64,000 nucleotides of DNA from NCBI GenBank assembly GCA_027083345.1, contig JALWOZ010000010.1:7301-71300 (forward strand), given 5' to 3'. This DNA comes from Candidatus Kaiserbacteria bacterium (GTDB taxonomy: Bacteria; Patescibacteriota; Minisyncoccia; Phycocordibacterales; UBA2100). Positions 30,745 to 43,048 of this stretch are shown here, one piece after another; the stretch's first letter is position 1; each line of letters opens with the position of its first letter. A model generated the notes under the pieces. That model was not told the DNA's origin. It searched no databases and worked only from the letters and a program-made list of their open reading frames with translations. The position numbers and the translations under genes were made by a program.

Positions 30745-30772
30745 TGTAAGAAAATATTATGCTTTTCGTCTA
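30745..30772 (+). promoter_or_regulatory. Putative ECF sigma promoter, copy 3
   Basis: TGTAAG-N16-CGTCTA. Confidence 0.75.
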
Positions 30773-30834
30773 TAATAATAAGCAAGGTAATATAACATTG
30801 CTAAAATTATTAATTATTAACTAAAGTAAATATT

Positions 30835-31584
30835 ATGAATAAGACATTTCCAATTATAATGCTGTTGGCCATAACTACTCTAGGAGTTGCAAATTCAGCA
30901 TCCGCAGACTCCGATATAGATGCAGACTCAACTCATCCGGGTAGAGAATTTATTAAGGAGGTTAGACAAGAGCGTAACGACTGGCTAAAGAAAGTACGTG
31001 CTGATCGTAAAACCATATACGAAGGTCGTAAAGAGGCAATAAGTCATGCTAAAGAGATCAGAGCTAACTTAAAAAAAGACGCTAGGGGCATCCGTGCAGA
31101 CTTTGTAAAGAAATATAAAGCAGCTGACACACCTGAGGCTCGTAGAGCTATACGAGCGGAAGCAAAAACTGTCAAAGCAGACTTTAAGTCAAAAGCAGAA
31201 AACGTAAGAAAAGAATTTAGATCAAAAATACAAGAGAAGTTAAAGAGTCGCCTAAGTACCATCTCTAGTAGATTAGATAATGCAATGACTAGAATATCTA
31301 GCATCATAGAGAGGATACAAACATACCTAGATAAGAAATCAGAAGAAGGGGTAGACACATCTTCTGCTCAAGAAGCGCTGAATAAAGCTGTAGACGCCAA
31401 AGACAGAGCCGTAGCAAATATACAAAAAGTTAAAGAAACCATACGAGCTATACTCTCTAGCGACAAACCTAGAGACCTTATAAGAGAGTTGCGCGCAGAG
31501 ATAAAGACAACAGTAAAGTCTATAAGAGAGACTAACCGCGCTATGAGAGAGACCATAAAAGTAATCAAAAGGATGAACTCATAG
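30835..31584 (+). CDS. Secreted basic helical/coiled-coil protein
   Basis: Signal peptide ending ASA-D; Lys/Arg/Glu-rich amphipathic helices. Confidence 0.75.
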   Translation: MNKTFPIIMLLAITTLGVANSASADSDIDADSTHPGREFIKEVRQERNDWLKKVRADRKTIYEGRKEAISHAKEIRANLKKDARGIRADFVKKYKAADTPEARRAIRAEAKTVKADFKSKAENVRKEFRSKIQEKLKSRLSTISSRLDNAMTRISSIIERIQTYLDKKSEEGVDTSSAQEALNKAVDAKDRAVANIQKVKETIRAILSSDKPRDLIRELRAEIKTTVKSIRETNRAMRETIKVIKRMNS

Positions 31585-31633
31585 ACTAATAAGGTAGTTT
31601 GTGGTATCTTATTGCTCATAATGCACCACTATT

Positions 31634-33142
31634 ATGAGCAATATAGAGACTACAAAAGAGAGACCGCCTGTTATAGTTATAATGGGACATGTAGACCACG
31701 GCAAGTCTGCTCTACTTGACTACATTCGTAAAAGTAATGTTGTGGCTGGTGAGGCTGGAGGTATAACCCAGCATATTAATGCATATGAGATAGAGCATGA
31801 GTTTGAAGGTAAGCCTAAGAAGATTACCTTTATAGATACTCCTGGACATGCGGCCTTCTCTGCTATGCGTGCCCGTGGTGCAAGCGTTGCCGACATAGCT
31901 GTATTAGTTGTCAGTGCCGAGGATGGAGTAAAGACTCAAACTCTCGAGGCACTCAACTCTATCAAAAGTGCAGGTATACCATACATAGTGGCTATTAATA
32001 AAATAGACCTACCATCAGCAGACGTACAACGCACTAAGAACACTCTTGTAGAGCATGAGGTGTACATAGAGGGTATGGGTGGAGATGTGCCTTGGGTGGC
32101 CATCTCTGCCAAGACCGGTGAGGGCATACCAGAGCTATTAGACACAATGCTACTATTGGCTGAGATGGAGGAGCTTAAAGGTGATGTTACTAAACGAGCT
32201 ACTGGGGTTGTAATAGAGAGTAACAGAAGTGCCATGAGAGGTACCGCTGCAACACTAATTATTAAAGATGGTACTCTCTCATCAGGACAATTTGTAGTTA
32301 TAGGTGATGCTATGGCCCCTGTTAGGATTATGGAGGACTTTAAGGGCGAGAGGATAGAGAACGCCACCTTCTCCTCCCCTGTCTCTCTTATAGGCTTTGA
32401 CAACTCGCCAGAGGTGGGTACTACTTTCACCGTCTTTGACAATAAGAAAGACGCAACACTAGCGCGTTCAGCATATAAGACCTCTGCTGGCTCTAACATG
32501 CAAGCACTCAATGACGACGGTAAATATATAATGTCTATTATACTAAAAGCAGATGTTACCGGCTCTATAGAAGCTATAGAGCATGAGCTTAAAAAATTAG
32601 AAAGTGAACTAGTCGCTATACGCATTTTAGAGTCAGGTATAGGCTCAGTGAGTGAAGGAGATATTAAGATTGCAATAGCTAAACCTAACTCTGTAGTGCT
32701 GGGATTTAACTCCAATATAGACGCAACGGCCACAGAGGTTGCTCGACAACATGGTGTTATCATTAAAGAGTTCAACATAATATATGAGCTTGTGCAGTGG
32801 CTAGAGGCACACATAACTGAGCATCGCCCCAAGGTAGAGGTAGAGAGGGTTGTAGGCGAGGCTAAGGTACTCGCACACTTTAGTACCAATAAGCAAGCTG
32901 GCGAGACAATCCTCACCATAGGCGGTCGCGTGCTTAGTGGCCAAATGCGCAACAGTAATAAGATAAAGATATACTCTCATGATAAACAAGAGAAAGGTGA
33001 AGGTAGAATATTGACCCTACAAAGTGGCAAAGCGCCAGCCGAGAGTATAAATACAGACCAAGAGTTTGGCACTCAAATAAAGACTGAAGTAGACATACAA
33101 AAAGGCGACATACTAAAATGCATTGAGCTGATAATGGAGTAA
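31634..33142 (+). CDS. infB: Translation initiation factor IF-2 (short form lacking the N-terminal domain)
   Basis: [36 protein letters not shown]. Confidence 0.97.
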   Translation: MSNIETTKERPPVIVIMGHVDHGKSALLDYIRKSNVVAGEAGGITQHINAYEIEHEFEGKPKKITFIDTPGHAAFSAMRARGASVADIAVLVVSAEDGVKTQTLEALNSIKSAGIPYIVAINKIDLPSADVQRTKNTLVEHEVYIEGMGGDVPWVAISAKTGEGIPELLDTMLLLAEMEELKGDVTKRATGVVIESNRSAMRGTAATLIIKDGTLSSGQFVVIGDAMAPVRIMEDFKGERIENATFSSPVSLIGFDNSPEVGTTFTVFDNKKDATLARSAYKTSAGSNMQALNDDGKYIMSIILKADVTGSIEAIEHELKKLESELVAIRILESGIGSVSEGDIKIAIAKPNSVVLGFNSNIDATATEVARQHGVIIKEFNIIYELVQWLEAHITEHRPKVEVERVVGEAKVLAHFSTNKQAGETILTIGGRVLSGQMRNSNKIKIYSHDKQEKGEGRILTLQSGKAPAESINTDQEFGTQIKTEVDIQKGDILKCIELIME

Positions 33143-33146
33143 CTAT

Positions 33147-33491
33147 ATGAACATTCAAAATAATACAAATGGACGTAGAATCAAAGTAACTGAGAATATT
33201 ATGCATCTGGCAGCCGAATTTTTTAGATTAAAAAGTAACAGAAGATCTTTGATAACAATAACAAAAGCGGATCTCTCACCTAATTTCTCTGAGTCTACAA
33301 TATACTTTACTGTGTTGCCCACAGAGTACGAGGAGGAGGCACTAAACTTTGCAAAGCGTAAGCGTCGTGAGTTTAAACTCTATGTTAAAAAGCATGTAAG
33401 TATGAAGAAGATCCCCTTCTTTGATTTTGCTATAGACGAGGGGGAAAAACATAGGCAAAGGATAGACGAGATAAGTAGGAATGTTGAGTAA
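33147..33491 (+). CDS. rbfA: Ribosome-binding factor A
   Basis: Follows infB; ITKADLSPN...KKIPFFDFAID. Confidence 0.85.
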   Translation: MNIQNNTNGRRIKVTENIMHLAAEFFRLKSNRRSLITITKADLSPNFSESTIYFTVLPTEYEEEALNFAKRKRREFKLYVKKHVSMKKIPFFDFAIDEGEKHRQRIDEISRNVE

Positions 33492-33537
33492 TCTCGTATA
33501 CTTGCTATAATCTCCTGCACAGATTACTCTGTAATAA

Positions 33538-33609
33538 GGCTCGGTGGCGAAGTGGTAACGCTGCGGGTTGCAAACCCGCCATGCACCGGTTCGATTCCGG
33601 TCCGGGCCT
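33538..33609 (+). tRNA. tRNA-Cys(GCA)
   Basis: GGCTCGG/CCGGGCC stem, GCGGG-TT-GCA-AA-CCCGC arm, GGTTCGATTCC. Confidence 0.95.
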
Positions 33610-33674
33610 CACTAAAGTTGTAGCACGCAAACTTTAGTACCAAATGTATGATATATTATTATACATAATCATCT

Positions 33675-33716
33675 ACCTGGATGATGCAAAAAGTATAACA
33701 GCGGTAGACATAAGAG
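33675..33716 (+). pseudogene. Degenerate duplicate of the tRNA-Leu(TAA) 5' half with an expanded D-loop
   Basis: ACCTGGATGATG (10/12 to the tRNA start), a 16-nt loop, then GGTAGACATAAGAG (14/14 identical to 33770-33783). Confidence 0.65.
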
Positions 33717-33752
33717 TTCTCAGTTGTTTTTTTGCTCAAACAGGCACCCTAT

Positions 33753-33834
33753 GCCGGGATGATGAAATTGGTAGACATAAGAGACTTAAACTCTCTGGGC
33801 GCAAGCCGTGCGGGTTCAAGTCCCGCTCCCGGCA
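33753..33834 (+). tRNA. tRNA-Leu(TAA)
   Basis: GCCGGGA/TCCCGGC stem, AGAGA-CT-TAA-AC-TCTCT arm, long variable arm. Confidence 0.95.
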
Positions 33835-33840
33835 CATAAC

Positions 33841-33875
33841 ACAAAAACTGCGAAGTGTTACTTCGCAGTTTTTGT
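33841..33875. terminator. Bidirectional intrinsic terminator between convergent tRNAs
   Basis: ACAAAAACTGCGAAG-TGTTA-CTTCGCAGTTTTTGT, perfect 15-bp inverted repeat. Confidence 0.9.
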
Positions 33876-33882
33876 AACTCAG

Positions 33883-33955
33883 TCCGCCCAGCAGGACTCG
33901 AACCTGCGACACACGGATTAAAAGTCCGTTGCTCTACCAGCTGAGCTATGGGCGG
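33883..33955 (-). tRNA. tRNA-Lys(TTT)
   Basis: CCGCCCA/TGGGCGG stem, ACGGA-CT-TTT-AA-TCCGT arm, GGTTCGAGTCC. Confidence 0.95.
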
Positions 33956-33983
33956 ATGCAAAGAATTGTATACTATTTCCTTG

Positions 33984-35462
33984 TTATTTCAATCCCTCTC
34001 TAAACAACTCAGCCAAAATACTTGGGTTTGCACTACCCTTTGTAGCCTTCATCCCCTGACCTACAAAGTACTGCAAGAGCTTCTCAGCTCCATCTTTATA
34101 CTCACCAACCTGTTTAGGGTTATCTAATATAATCTGCTCTATGACTCTCTTAAGCTCCTCCGGATCTGACTTTTGTATCAACCCTTTCTCATTTGCAATT
34201 TGTTCTGCCTTACCACCATTTTTATACATCTCTAATAATAAATCCTTTGCTCCTCTACTAGACAATTCTCCTCTATTTATCATTTGTACTATTACTGCCA
34301 ACTCTGTACCTACTACATTTGAGAGGTCTCCAACCTCATTCTTCTGCAATCCTGCCAAATCACTTGATATGTAGTTAGAGAGCTTTTTATACTCTACATC
34401 GCTACTTAACTCGTTAACAGCTTCATCAAATATCTCTCCAAATTTAGGGTTTTGTAAGTAAAAATCTATATCCTCATTTTTAATACCATAAGCTACTTTG
34501 TACCTTTCTCTCTTCTCCCATGGGAGCTCTGGCAAACTCTCTTTAAGAACATCTACACTAAACTCGGGTAAATCTGAGAATCTATACTTAGGTATATCTG
34601 GGTCAGGGAAGTAGCGATAATCATCGGCAGTCTCTTTACTACGCTGAGAGAAGGTCGCTTGCTTATTCTCATCCCAACCGCGCGTCTCTTGTATCAGTTC
34701 CCCGTCGCTCTCACCCTCGAGTATGGCAATGTGCCTGGCAACCTCAAAGTCTATTGCCTGACCCACTACTTTAAATGAATTGAGATTCTTAACCTCAGTC
34801 TTTGTACCAAGCTTGCTAAAGTCTCCATCAAAGTGGCCGTTAGTGGAGACAGAGATATTTGCCTCTATACGCATCTCGCCTTTCTCTAAGTTTGCATCGC
34901 TTACTCCAAGTGTACGCAGTAGTAATTGCAACTCCCGTGCAAATTCTATTGCCTTATCTGCAGAGTGTATAACAGGCATTGTTACCAACTCCATAAGTGG
35001 CACACTAGAGCGATTAAAATCTACAAGTGAATAATTGGTCTTATGTATTGACGTTGCCGTGTCTTCTTCCATATGAATTCTCTCGAGCTCCACACCTACG
35101 AGTGAGCCACCAGAGACAAGTGGATACTGATACTGCGAAATCTGATATGCTTTTGGAATATCCGGATAAAAGTAGTTTTTACGGTCGAACTCAGAGAAGT
35201 CTGCTAAACTGCTACCGAGTGCAACTCCTACCCTCATAACATTCTTAACCGCCTGTTTATTCACAAACGGTAATGCTCCAGGCTGACCTGTACACACTGG
35301 GCATATGTGAGTATTCGGCTCAGAATTAAATGGGTCGTTCTTGCAACGACAAAACATCTTAGTCTGCGTCTTCATCTCTGCATGTATCTCAAGTCCAATT
35401 GTCGGATAATACACCTTGCCTGTTTTGTTCCCTATTATTCCTTTGTCTTCTTGTTTTGTCAT
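33984..35462 (-). CDS. gatB: Asp/Glu-tRNA amidotransferase subunit B
   Basis: IGLEIH, FDRKNYFYPD, EVKNLNS, DYRYFPDPD. Confidence 0.97.
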   Translation of the reverse strand: MTKQEDKGIIGNKTGKVYYPTIGLEIHAEMKTQTKMFCRCKNDPFNSEPNTHICPVCTGQPGALPFVNKQAVKNVMRVGVALGSSLADFSEFDRKNYFYPDIPKAYQISQYQYPLVSGGSLVGVELERIHMEEDTATSIHKTNYSLVDFNRSSVPLMELVTMPVIHSADKAIEFARELQLLLRTLGVSDANLEKGEMRIEANISVSTNGHFDGDFSKLGTKTEVKNLNSFKVVGQAIDFEVARHIAILEGESDGELIQETRGWDENKQATFSQRSKETADDYRYFPDPDIPKYRFSDLPEFSVDVLKESLPELPWEKRERYKVAYGIKNEDIDFYLQNPKFGEIFDEAVNELSSDVEYKKLSNYISSDLAGLQKNEVGDLSNVVGTELAVIVQMINRGELSSRGAKDLLLEMYKNGGKAEQIANEKGLIQKSDPEELKRVIEQIILDNPKQVGEYKDGAEKLLQYFVGQGMKATKGSANPSILAELFREGLK

Positions 35463-35464
35463 AA

Positions 35465-36886
35465 TTATCTACCTAACTTTTTAGCTATATCTAATAGTGC
35501 ATCATCATTCTCTTGCGCCGACATAAATTGTACTCCAACAGGCAACTTGCCCTCACAAACTTTTGCTGGGATTGAAATTGCACACGTTTGTGCCGTATTT
35601 GCTGTTACAGTGAATATGTCCATCAAGTATTCAGTAAGCGGATCTCCCTCCATTGAGCCAATCTTCGGCGCAACCACCGGCGCTGTTGGCGTCAGTATAA
35701 AGTCATACTTTTCATATACCTTTGCTAGTTCACTCTTAAGCTCTTCTCGTAGAGCAAGAGCCTTCTCATAATACTTATCTGCATAACCAGCAGAGAGCAC
35801 ATATGTACCAAGCATTATACGTCTCTTTACCTCATCACCAAAGCCTTGCCCTCGTGTCTTCTTATAAGTATCCCATAAGTTGTCACCATCAACTTTACTA
35901 CCATAACGCATACCATCATAACGTGCCAAATTTGATGACACTTCTGCAGGTATAAGTATATAATATATTGCCAACACTTCTTTAAGGATTGGTATATTTA
36001 TGTCCTCAACATCATAACCTTCTGTTCTTATCTTCTCTACAAATGAGTTAAACACAGCTTTAACCTCATCGCTTGATCCATCTATTAATGAGCGTGGTAT
36101 GGCTATTTTATATTTGTCTTTAGTGTTATCTTTTTGCCAAGTATCTTCTGGCAGTACTGTCATATCATAATCGTCTGTTCCTCTCATTGCCTCAAAGACT
36201 ATTTGTACATCCTCTACTGTCTTTGCTGTTGGAGAAATTTGGTCAAAGCTTGAGCCCATAGGCATTGCACCATAACGGCTCACAGCTCCGTAAGTAGGCC
36301 TCATACCCACAACTCCACAGAAACTCGCCGGCTCACGTATAGAGCCTCCTGTGTCTGTACCGAGTGCAACAAGACACATATTTGCCGCCACAGCTGCTAC
36401 TGAGCCTCCAGAGCTACCTCCAGCAATCCTGCTTGTATCTACTGGGTTTTTAGTAACACCAAATGCAGAATTCTCTGTACTTGCACCCATCGCAAATTCA
36501 TCTGTATTAGTTGACCCTAGAAATATGACCCCTTGTTTCTCTAACTTCTCCACAACTGTAGCAGAGTAGGTTGCTTTATAATGCTCTAATATTTTACTTG
36601 ATGCATTTGTTATTTGCCCCTTCTTTGCGATTATAGCCTTAAGTCCCACAGGTATACCTGTAAGCTCAGTTGCAGAGCCTTCTGCAAACATCTTTTGAGC
36701 AATCTCTACTCTCTCGTCAATATCTGTAAAAAGGTGCAAGTAAGCATTAATACCCTTTCCTTTTTTATTATCTTTCTCAATATTTGCAAGATATGCATCT
36801 ACCAAATCTCGTACAGAATACTCTCCTGCCTTAAGGGCTTTATGCGCTTCTCTAATTGTTAAGTCTTGTAAATCTATATCAACCAT
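35465..36886 (-). CDS. gatA: Asp/Glu-tRNA amidotransferase subunit A
   Basis: Amidase signature GGSSGGS, GTDTGGSIR, SSNLARYDG. Confidence 0.97.
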   Translation of the reverse strand: MVDIDLQDLTIREAHKALKAGEYSVRDLVDAYLANIEKDNKKGKGINAYLHLFTDIDERVEIAQKMFAEGSATELTGIPVGLKAIIAKKGQITNASSKILEHYKATYSATVVEKLEKQGVIFLGSTNTDEFAMGASTENSAFGVTKNPVDTSRIAGGSSGGSVAAVAANMCLVALGTDTGGSIREPASFCGVVGMRPTYGAVSRYGAMPMGSSFDQISPTAKTVEDVQIVFEAMRGTDDYDMTVLPEDTWQKDNTKDKYKIAIPRSLIDGSSDEVKAVFNSFVEKIRTEGYDVEDINIPILKEVLAIYYILIPAEVSSNLARYDGMRYGSKVDGDNLWDTYKKTRGQGFGDEVKRRIMLGTYVLSAGYADKYYEKALALREELKSELAKVYEKYDFILTPTAPVVAPKIGSMEGDPLTEYLMDIFTVTANTAQTCAISIPAKVCEGKLPVGVQFMSAQENDDALLDIAKKLGR

Positions 36887-36887
36887 A

Positions 36888-37187
36888 TTAATTATTTAAG
36901 ATCTTCTTAACTACGAGTAGATTGTCTTTAGTCTCTGGCATTGCTTCTAATATAGCATCTCGATGCTCCCCTGCTTTATGTGGATTGTCGTCATTACGAA
37001 AAGTATTTACATTATTAAAATTACGTTGTACATCGTCACTCAGCTCAACATCTTTAATTCTATTTACATATTGCAATATGCTAGTGAGTTGACTGGCGAA
37101 CTTCTCCATCTCTTGCCTAGTAAGCTCCAATTGTGCCAAACTTGCCAAATACTCTACCTGCCCTTTAGTTATCTTAATATCACTCAT
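36888..37187 (-). CDS. gatC: Asp/Glu-tRNA amidotransferase subunit C
   Basis: VEYLASLAQL...ILQYV; located before gatA. Confidence 0.9.
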   Translation of the reverse strand: MSDIKITKGQVEYLASLAQLELTRQEMEKFASQLTSILQYVNRIKDVELSDDVQRNFNNVNTFRNDDNPHKAGEHRDAILEAMPETKDNLLVVKKILNN

Positions 37188-37219
37188 TAAGGGCTATACT
37201 AACACTTTTACCTAAAATT

Positions 37220-37260
37220 TAAAAGCAAAAGTACGGACAATACCCGCACTTTTGCTTTTA
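37220..37260 (-). terminator. Intrinsic terminator of groESL
   Basis: Minus strand AAAAGCAAAAGTGCGGG-TATTG-TCCGTACTTTTGCTTTT. Confidence 0.8.
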
Positions 37261-37280
37261 GCTTTCTCCTGATAAGAAAC

Positions 37281-38936
37281 CTACATCATAGGCATACCTC
37301 CCCCCATACCTGCAGGCATTGCCGGAGATGCCTCATCGTCTTTAGGTTCATCTGCTATTGCTGCCTCAGTTGTTAAGAGCACCGCTGCTGCACTAGCGGC
37401 ATTTTGTATACCGGCTCTCTCAACCTTTACTGGGTCTATAATACCCTCTTTGAGCATATCTACTATCTTGGGCTCCTGAGAGTCACCTGAGGCATCAAAG
37501 CCAAAGCTTGCTCCGGCCTTAACCATCTCACTCATAAGCACCTCAGCATCATCTCGACCAGCATTAGCAACTATTTGCTTAAATGGAGCCCTTAAAGCGC
37601 CCACTAATATGCGATAACCTACACCGAACTCATCCTTCTCATTAGCCTCTTTATTCTTAGACAACTTGTCTGCAACTTTAACAAGTGCAGCTCCACCACC
37701 AGGTACTATACCCTCCTCAATAGCCGCCTTTGTAGCATTAACAGCATCGTCTATCTTGTCCTTTAAGTACTTCATCTCTGTCTCTGTAGCAGCGCCAACT
37801 CGTATAACAGCTACACCACCACTGAGCTTAGCAATACGCTCCTCTATTTTCTCTCTGTCATATTTACTATCAGTATTCTCTGCCTGGGCTCTAAGTTGTT
37901 TTACTAATTCATCTATAGCGCTCTTTTTACCTTTACCACCAACTATAATAGTCTTATCTTTAGTAGCTACTACTCTTGTTGCCTCTCCGAGCATATCTAC
38001 AGTAGAGTCCTCAATCTTCATACCCAAATCACTTGATATTACCGTAGCACCAAGCACTGTAGCAATATCACTCAATTGAGCTTTTTTATTATCTCCAAAT
38101 CCCGGAGCCTTGATTCCTAGCACATTAAATGTACCTCGCAATTTATTAAGCACAAAAGTTGTAAGTGCTTCACCTTCAATATCATCAGCAATGATCACAA
38201 TATCCTTCTTACCACTTTGGGCAAGTTGCTCTAATAGTGGCAATACATCTTTAATAGCGCTCACCTTTTGATCTGTAACAAGTACTAGCGGATCCTTCAT
38301 CTCAGCTTCCATCTTCTCTGCGTTGGTTATCATATATGGAGATACATAACCTTTATCAAACTCAAGACCCTCTACTACATCACTCTCAATACCGACTGTC
38401 TGGGACTCCTCCACCGTTACAACACCATCTTTGCCAACCTTCTCTATTGTGTCAGCTATAGTCTTACCTAGCTCAGCACTCTCGGCAGAAATACTTGCCA
38501 CAGCGACTATCTCGTCATGTTCTTTAACCTTTTTAGACATCTTCTTTAACTCCTCTACGGCATCATTTGCAGCCCTCTCTATACCACGACGTACCACTAC
38601 TGCATTTGCCCCCATGGCTGTACGCTTAAAGCCCTCCTCAGCTATGGCATGCGTAAGCACGGTTGCTGTACTTGTACCATCTCCGGCTATATCATTAGTC
38701 TTGCTTGCCACCTCTTTGATAATCTCAGCACCCATGTTGGCAAACTTATCTTTAAGCTCTACTTCTTTAGCGATAGTTACACCATCATTGGTGATTCTTG
38801 GGCCACCAAAGCTCTTGTCTAATGCCACATTACGTCCTCTTGGGCCAATTGTTACTCGTACAGCATTTGCTACTGTTGAGACACCTTTTAATAGTGCATC
38901 ACGAACCTCATTGTCAAACTTTACTTCTTTAGCCAT
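37281..38936 (-). CDS. groL: Chaperonin GroEL
   Basis: TNDGVTIAKE, AGDGT, GGM tail. Confidence 0.98.
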   Translation of the reverse strand: MAKEVKFDNEVRDALLKGVSTVANAVRVTIGPRGRNVALDKSFGGPRITNDGVTIAKEVELKDKFANMGAEIIKEVASKTNDIAGDGTSTATVLTHAIAEEGFKRTAMGANAVVVRRGIERAANDAVEELKKMSKKVKEHDEIVAVASISAESAELGKTIADTIEKVGKDGVVTVEESQTVGIESDVVEGLEFDKGYVSPYMITNAEKMEAEMKDPLVLVTDQKVSAIKDVLPLLEQLAQSGKKDIVIIADDIEGEALTTFVLNKLRGTFNVLGIKAPGFGDNKKAQLSDIATVLGATVISSDLGMKIEDSTVDMLGEATRVVATKDKTIIVGGKGKKSAIDELVKQLRAQAENTDSKYDREKIEERIAKLSGGVAVIRVGAATETEMKYLKDKIDDAVNATKAAIEEGIVPGGGAALVKVADKLSKNKEANEKDEFGVGYRILVGALRAPFKQIVANAGRDDAEVLMSEMVKAGASFGFDASGDSQEPKIVDMLKEGIIDPVKVERAGIQNAASAAAVLLTTEAAIADEPKDDEASPAMPAGMGGGMPMM

Positions 38937-38942
38937 ATTATA

Positions 38943-39221
38943 TTATTTAATTACTGCTAATAATTTATCTTCTTTAATCACATAATATTCCTCATCATCA
39001 ACCTCCACCGTGTCATATCCATACTCTGAGAAAAGCACCTTATCGCCTACAGAAACCTCTGCCTTATCTAAAGACCCAACAGAGACAACTTCTCCAAGTT
39101 GTGTACGCTCTTTAGTGTCGCTCTCTGGGAGTATTATCCCTGAGGCTGAGGCCTCTTCTTTTTTAGTAATGGGCTTTACCACCACCCTCTCTCCTAATGG
39201 TTTTATTTTAGATTTACTCAT
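38943..39221 (-). CDS. groS: Co-chaperonin GroES
   Basis: IKPLGERVVV, SGIILP. Confidence 0.97.
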   Translation of the reverse strand: MSKSKIKPLGERVVVKPITKKEEASASGIILPESDTKERTQLGEVVSVGSLDKAEVSVGDKVLFSEYGYDTVEVDDEEYYVIKEDKLLAVIK

Positions 39222-39253
39222 AGATTTATCTATTAATCTTAATAATTAATAAT

Positions 39254-39291
39254 TGTGGTACATATTATAATCGTTGTACCACAGTTGTCAA
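39254..39291 (-). promoter_or_regulatory. groESL sigma70 promoter with an overlapping inverted repeat
   Basis: TTGACA (39291-39286)-16 nt-TATAAT (39269-39264); TGTGGTACA-N12-TGTACCACA at 39254-39283. Confidence 0.75.
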
Positions 39292-39325
39292 ATTTTTAAA
39301 GTCATCTTACTAATATAATATTAAA

Positions 39326-41858
<2,533 letters not shown>

Positions 41859-41866
41859 AAATATAT

Positions 41867-42466
41867 TTAATTAGTTATCCCTGCTGTCCACTTAAATAAA
41901 TTCTCTTCTATGACAACGCGCCTGGTGTTACCTAATCTACCGGCCAACCACTGTACCTCAGCTCTTACGGTTACCTCTGCTCCATTTGATCCCGACACCT
42001 CTGTTATATTTACGAATCTTTTGAATTTGGAAGAATTCCCAACCTCATGACCATAAAAACCAGTAGTGTCGTTAAAAAGTAAATTATTACAAGAAGACCC
42101 TTCACTTGTGCTACATTGTATAAAATTATTGCTACTAGAGATAGAATCAACCATAAATGGCTCCGCCGATGTCTCATTTTGACTTTTTACATATAAACCA
42201 TTTAACCAATCTAAATTACTATTGCCCTTTATTATCTCTAATAAATTATGATCTCTCTGAGCGCGCACTGTCTCTATAGCCTCTTGAGCCAGGTGGAAGG
42301 CCACCACCTGATCTCTAGCATTATAAGCTGCCATTAAACTCTGAGCTGCCAACGTTAAGGGAGCTGCCACCGCAATAGTTAACACAGTTATAGCAACTAG
42401 AGTTTCTATGAGAGTAAAACCCTGTTTAAAATTTGCTTTACATTTTTTTGTTACTATATTCTCCAT
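41867..42466 (-). CDS. Type IV minor pilin (PilV-like)
   Basis: GFTLIETLVAI N-methylation motif. Confidence 0.8.
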   Translation of the reverse strand: MENIVTKKCKANFKQGFTLIETLVAITVLTIAVAAPLTLAAQSLMAAYNARDQVVAFHLAQEAIETVRAQRDHNLLEIIKGNSNLDWLNGLYVKSQNETSAEPFMVDSISSSNNFIQCSTSEGSSCNNLLFNDTTGFYGHEVGNSSKFKRFVNITEVSGSNGAEVTVRAEVQWLAGRLGNTRRVVIEENLFKWTAGITN

Positions 42467-42468
42467 AA

Positions 42469-43047
42469 TTATATATCTAATAACCTCTGGGTAGCACTGG
42501 CTTGTATATCAAATTTAGTAGTGGTCTTTTGCTTCTTAAAACCGGCTTTACCACGCACTATCATAACAACTCTTGGCTGACGTGTATCTCCTTGAGTATC
42601 TGAGGTTTTATAAAATTGTACATAATCTATATCTACCTCTTTTGCCGTCAAAGGTACATTCACAAGCCCAACCCCCTGCACATTATATATCTTATATATC
42701 CTACCAATAGGCTCCTCAGAGCCTGTAGTCGTCTCCTCAAATTTATATCTCCATGTCTCAGTAGGCTTACCAAAAGGAGTAAATGATAACTCATGGTTGT
42801 TGTTAGATACTACGTAATTATTGCCCATCCTTAAGGCACGCACCATGCCATCTAAGGCTATGTTTAAATTATTCATTACAGATTGGATATTCTGAGCTCG
42901 TCTACTTGCATCTATCAATGCTAATAAAGACCCAACACTAACCAACATAACTACAGCAAATAAAGAGACGGCCACCATCATCTCAACTAAGGTAAAACCT
43001 TTTTGATAACATTTTCTATCTAATTGACTATTTTGACTTTTACTCAT
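42469..43047 (-). CDS. Type IV minor pilin (PilW-like)
   Basis: GFTLVEMMVAV motif. Confidence 0.8.
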   Translation of the reverse strand: MSKSQNSQLDRKCYQKGFTLVEMMVAVSLFAVVMLVSVGSLLALIDASRRAQNIQSVMNNLNIALDGMVRALRMGNNYVVSNNNHELSFTPFGKPTETWRYKFEETTTGSEEPIGRIYKIYNVQGVGLVNVPLTAKEVDIDYVQFYKTSDTQGDTRQPRVVMIVRGKAGFKKQKTTTKFDIQASATQRLLDI

Positions 43048-43048
43048 A

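Noticed and set aside
31936-32952. 338-aa antisense ORF and the many other short antisense ORFs in the track
   Set aside because: They are shadows of well-conserved genes (infB, groL, copB, typA and others) with no recognisable motifs.
33644-33961. Short ORFs at 33644 and 33749
   Set aside because: They overlap tRNA-Leu and tRNA-Lys.
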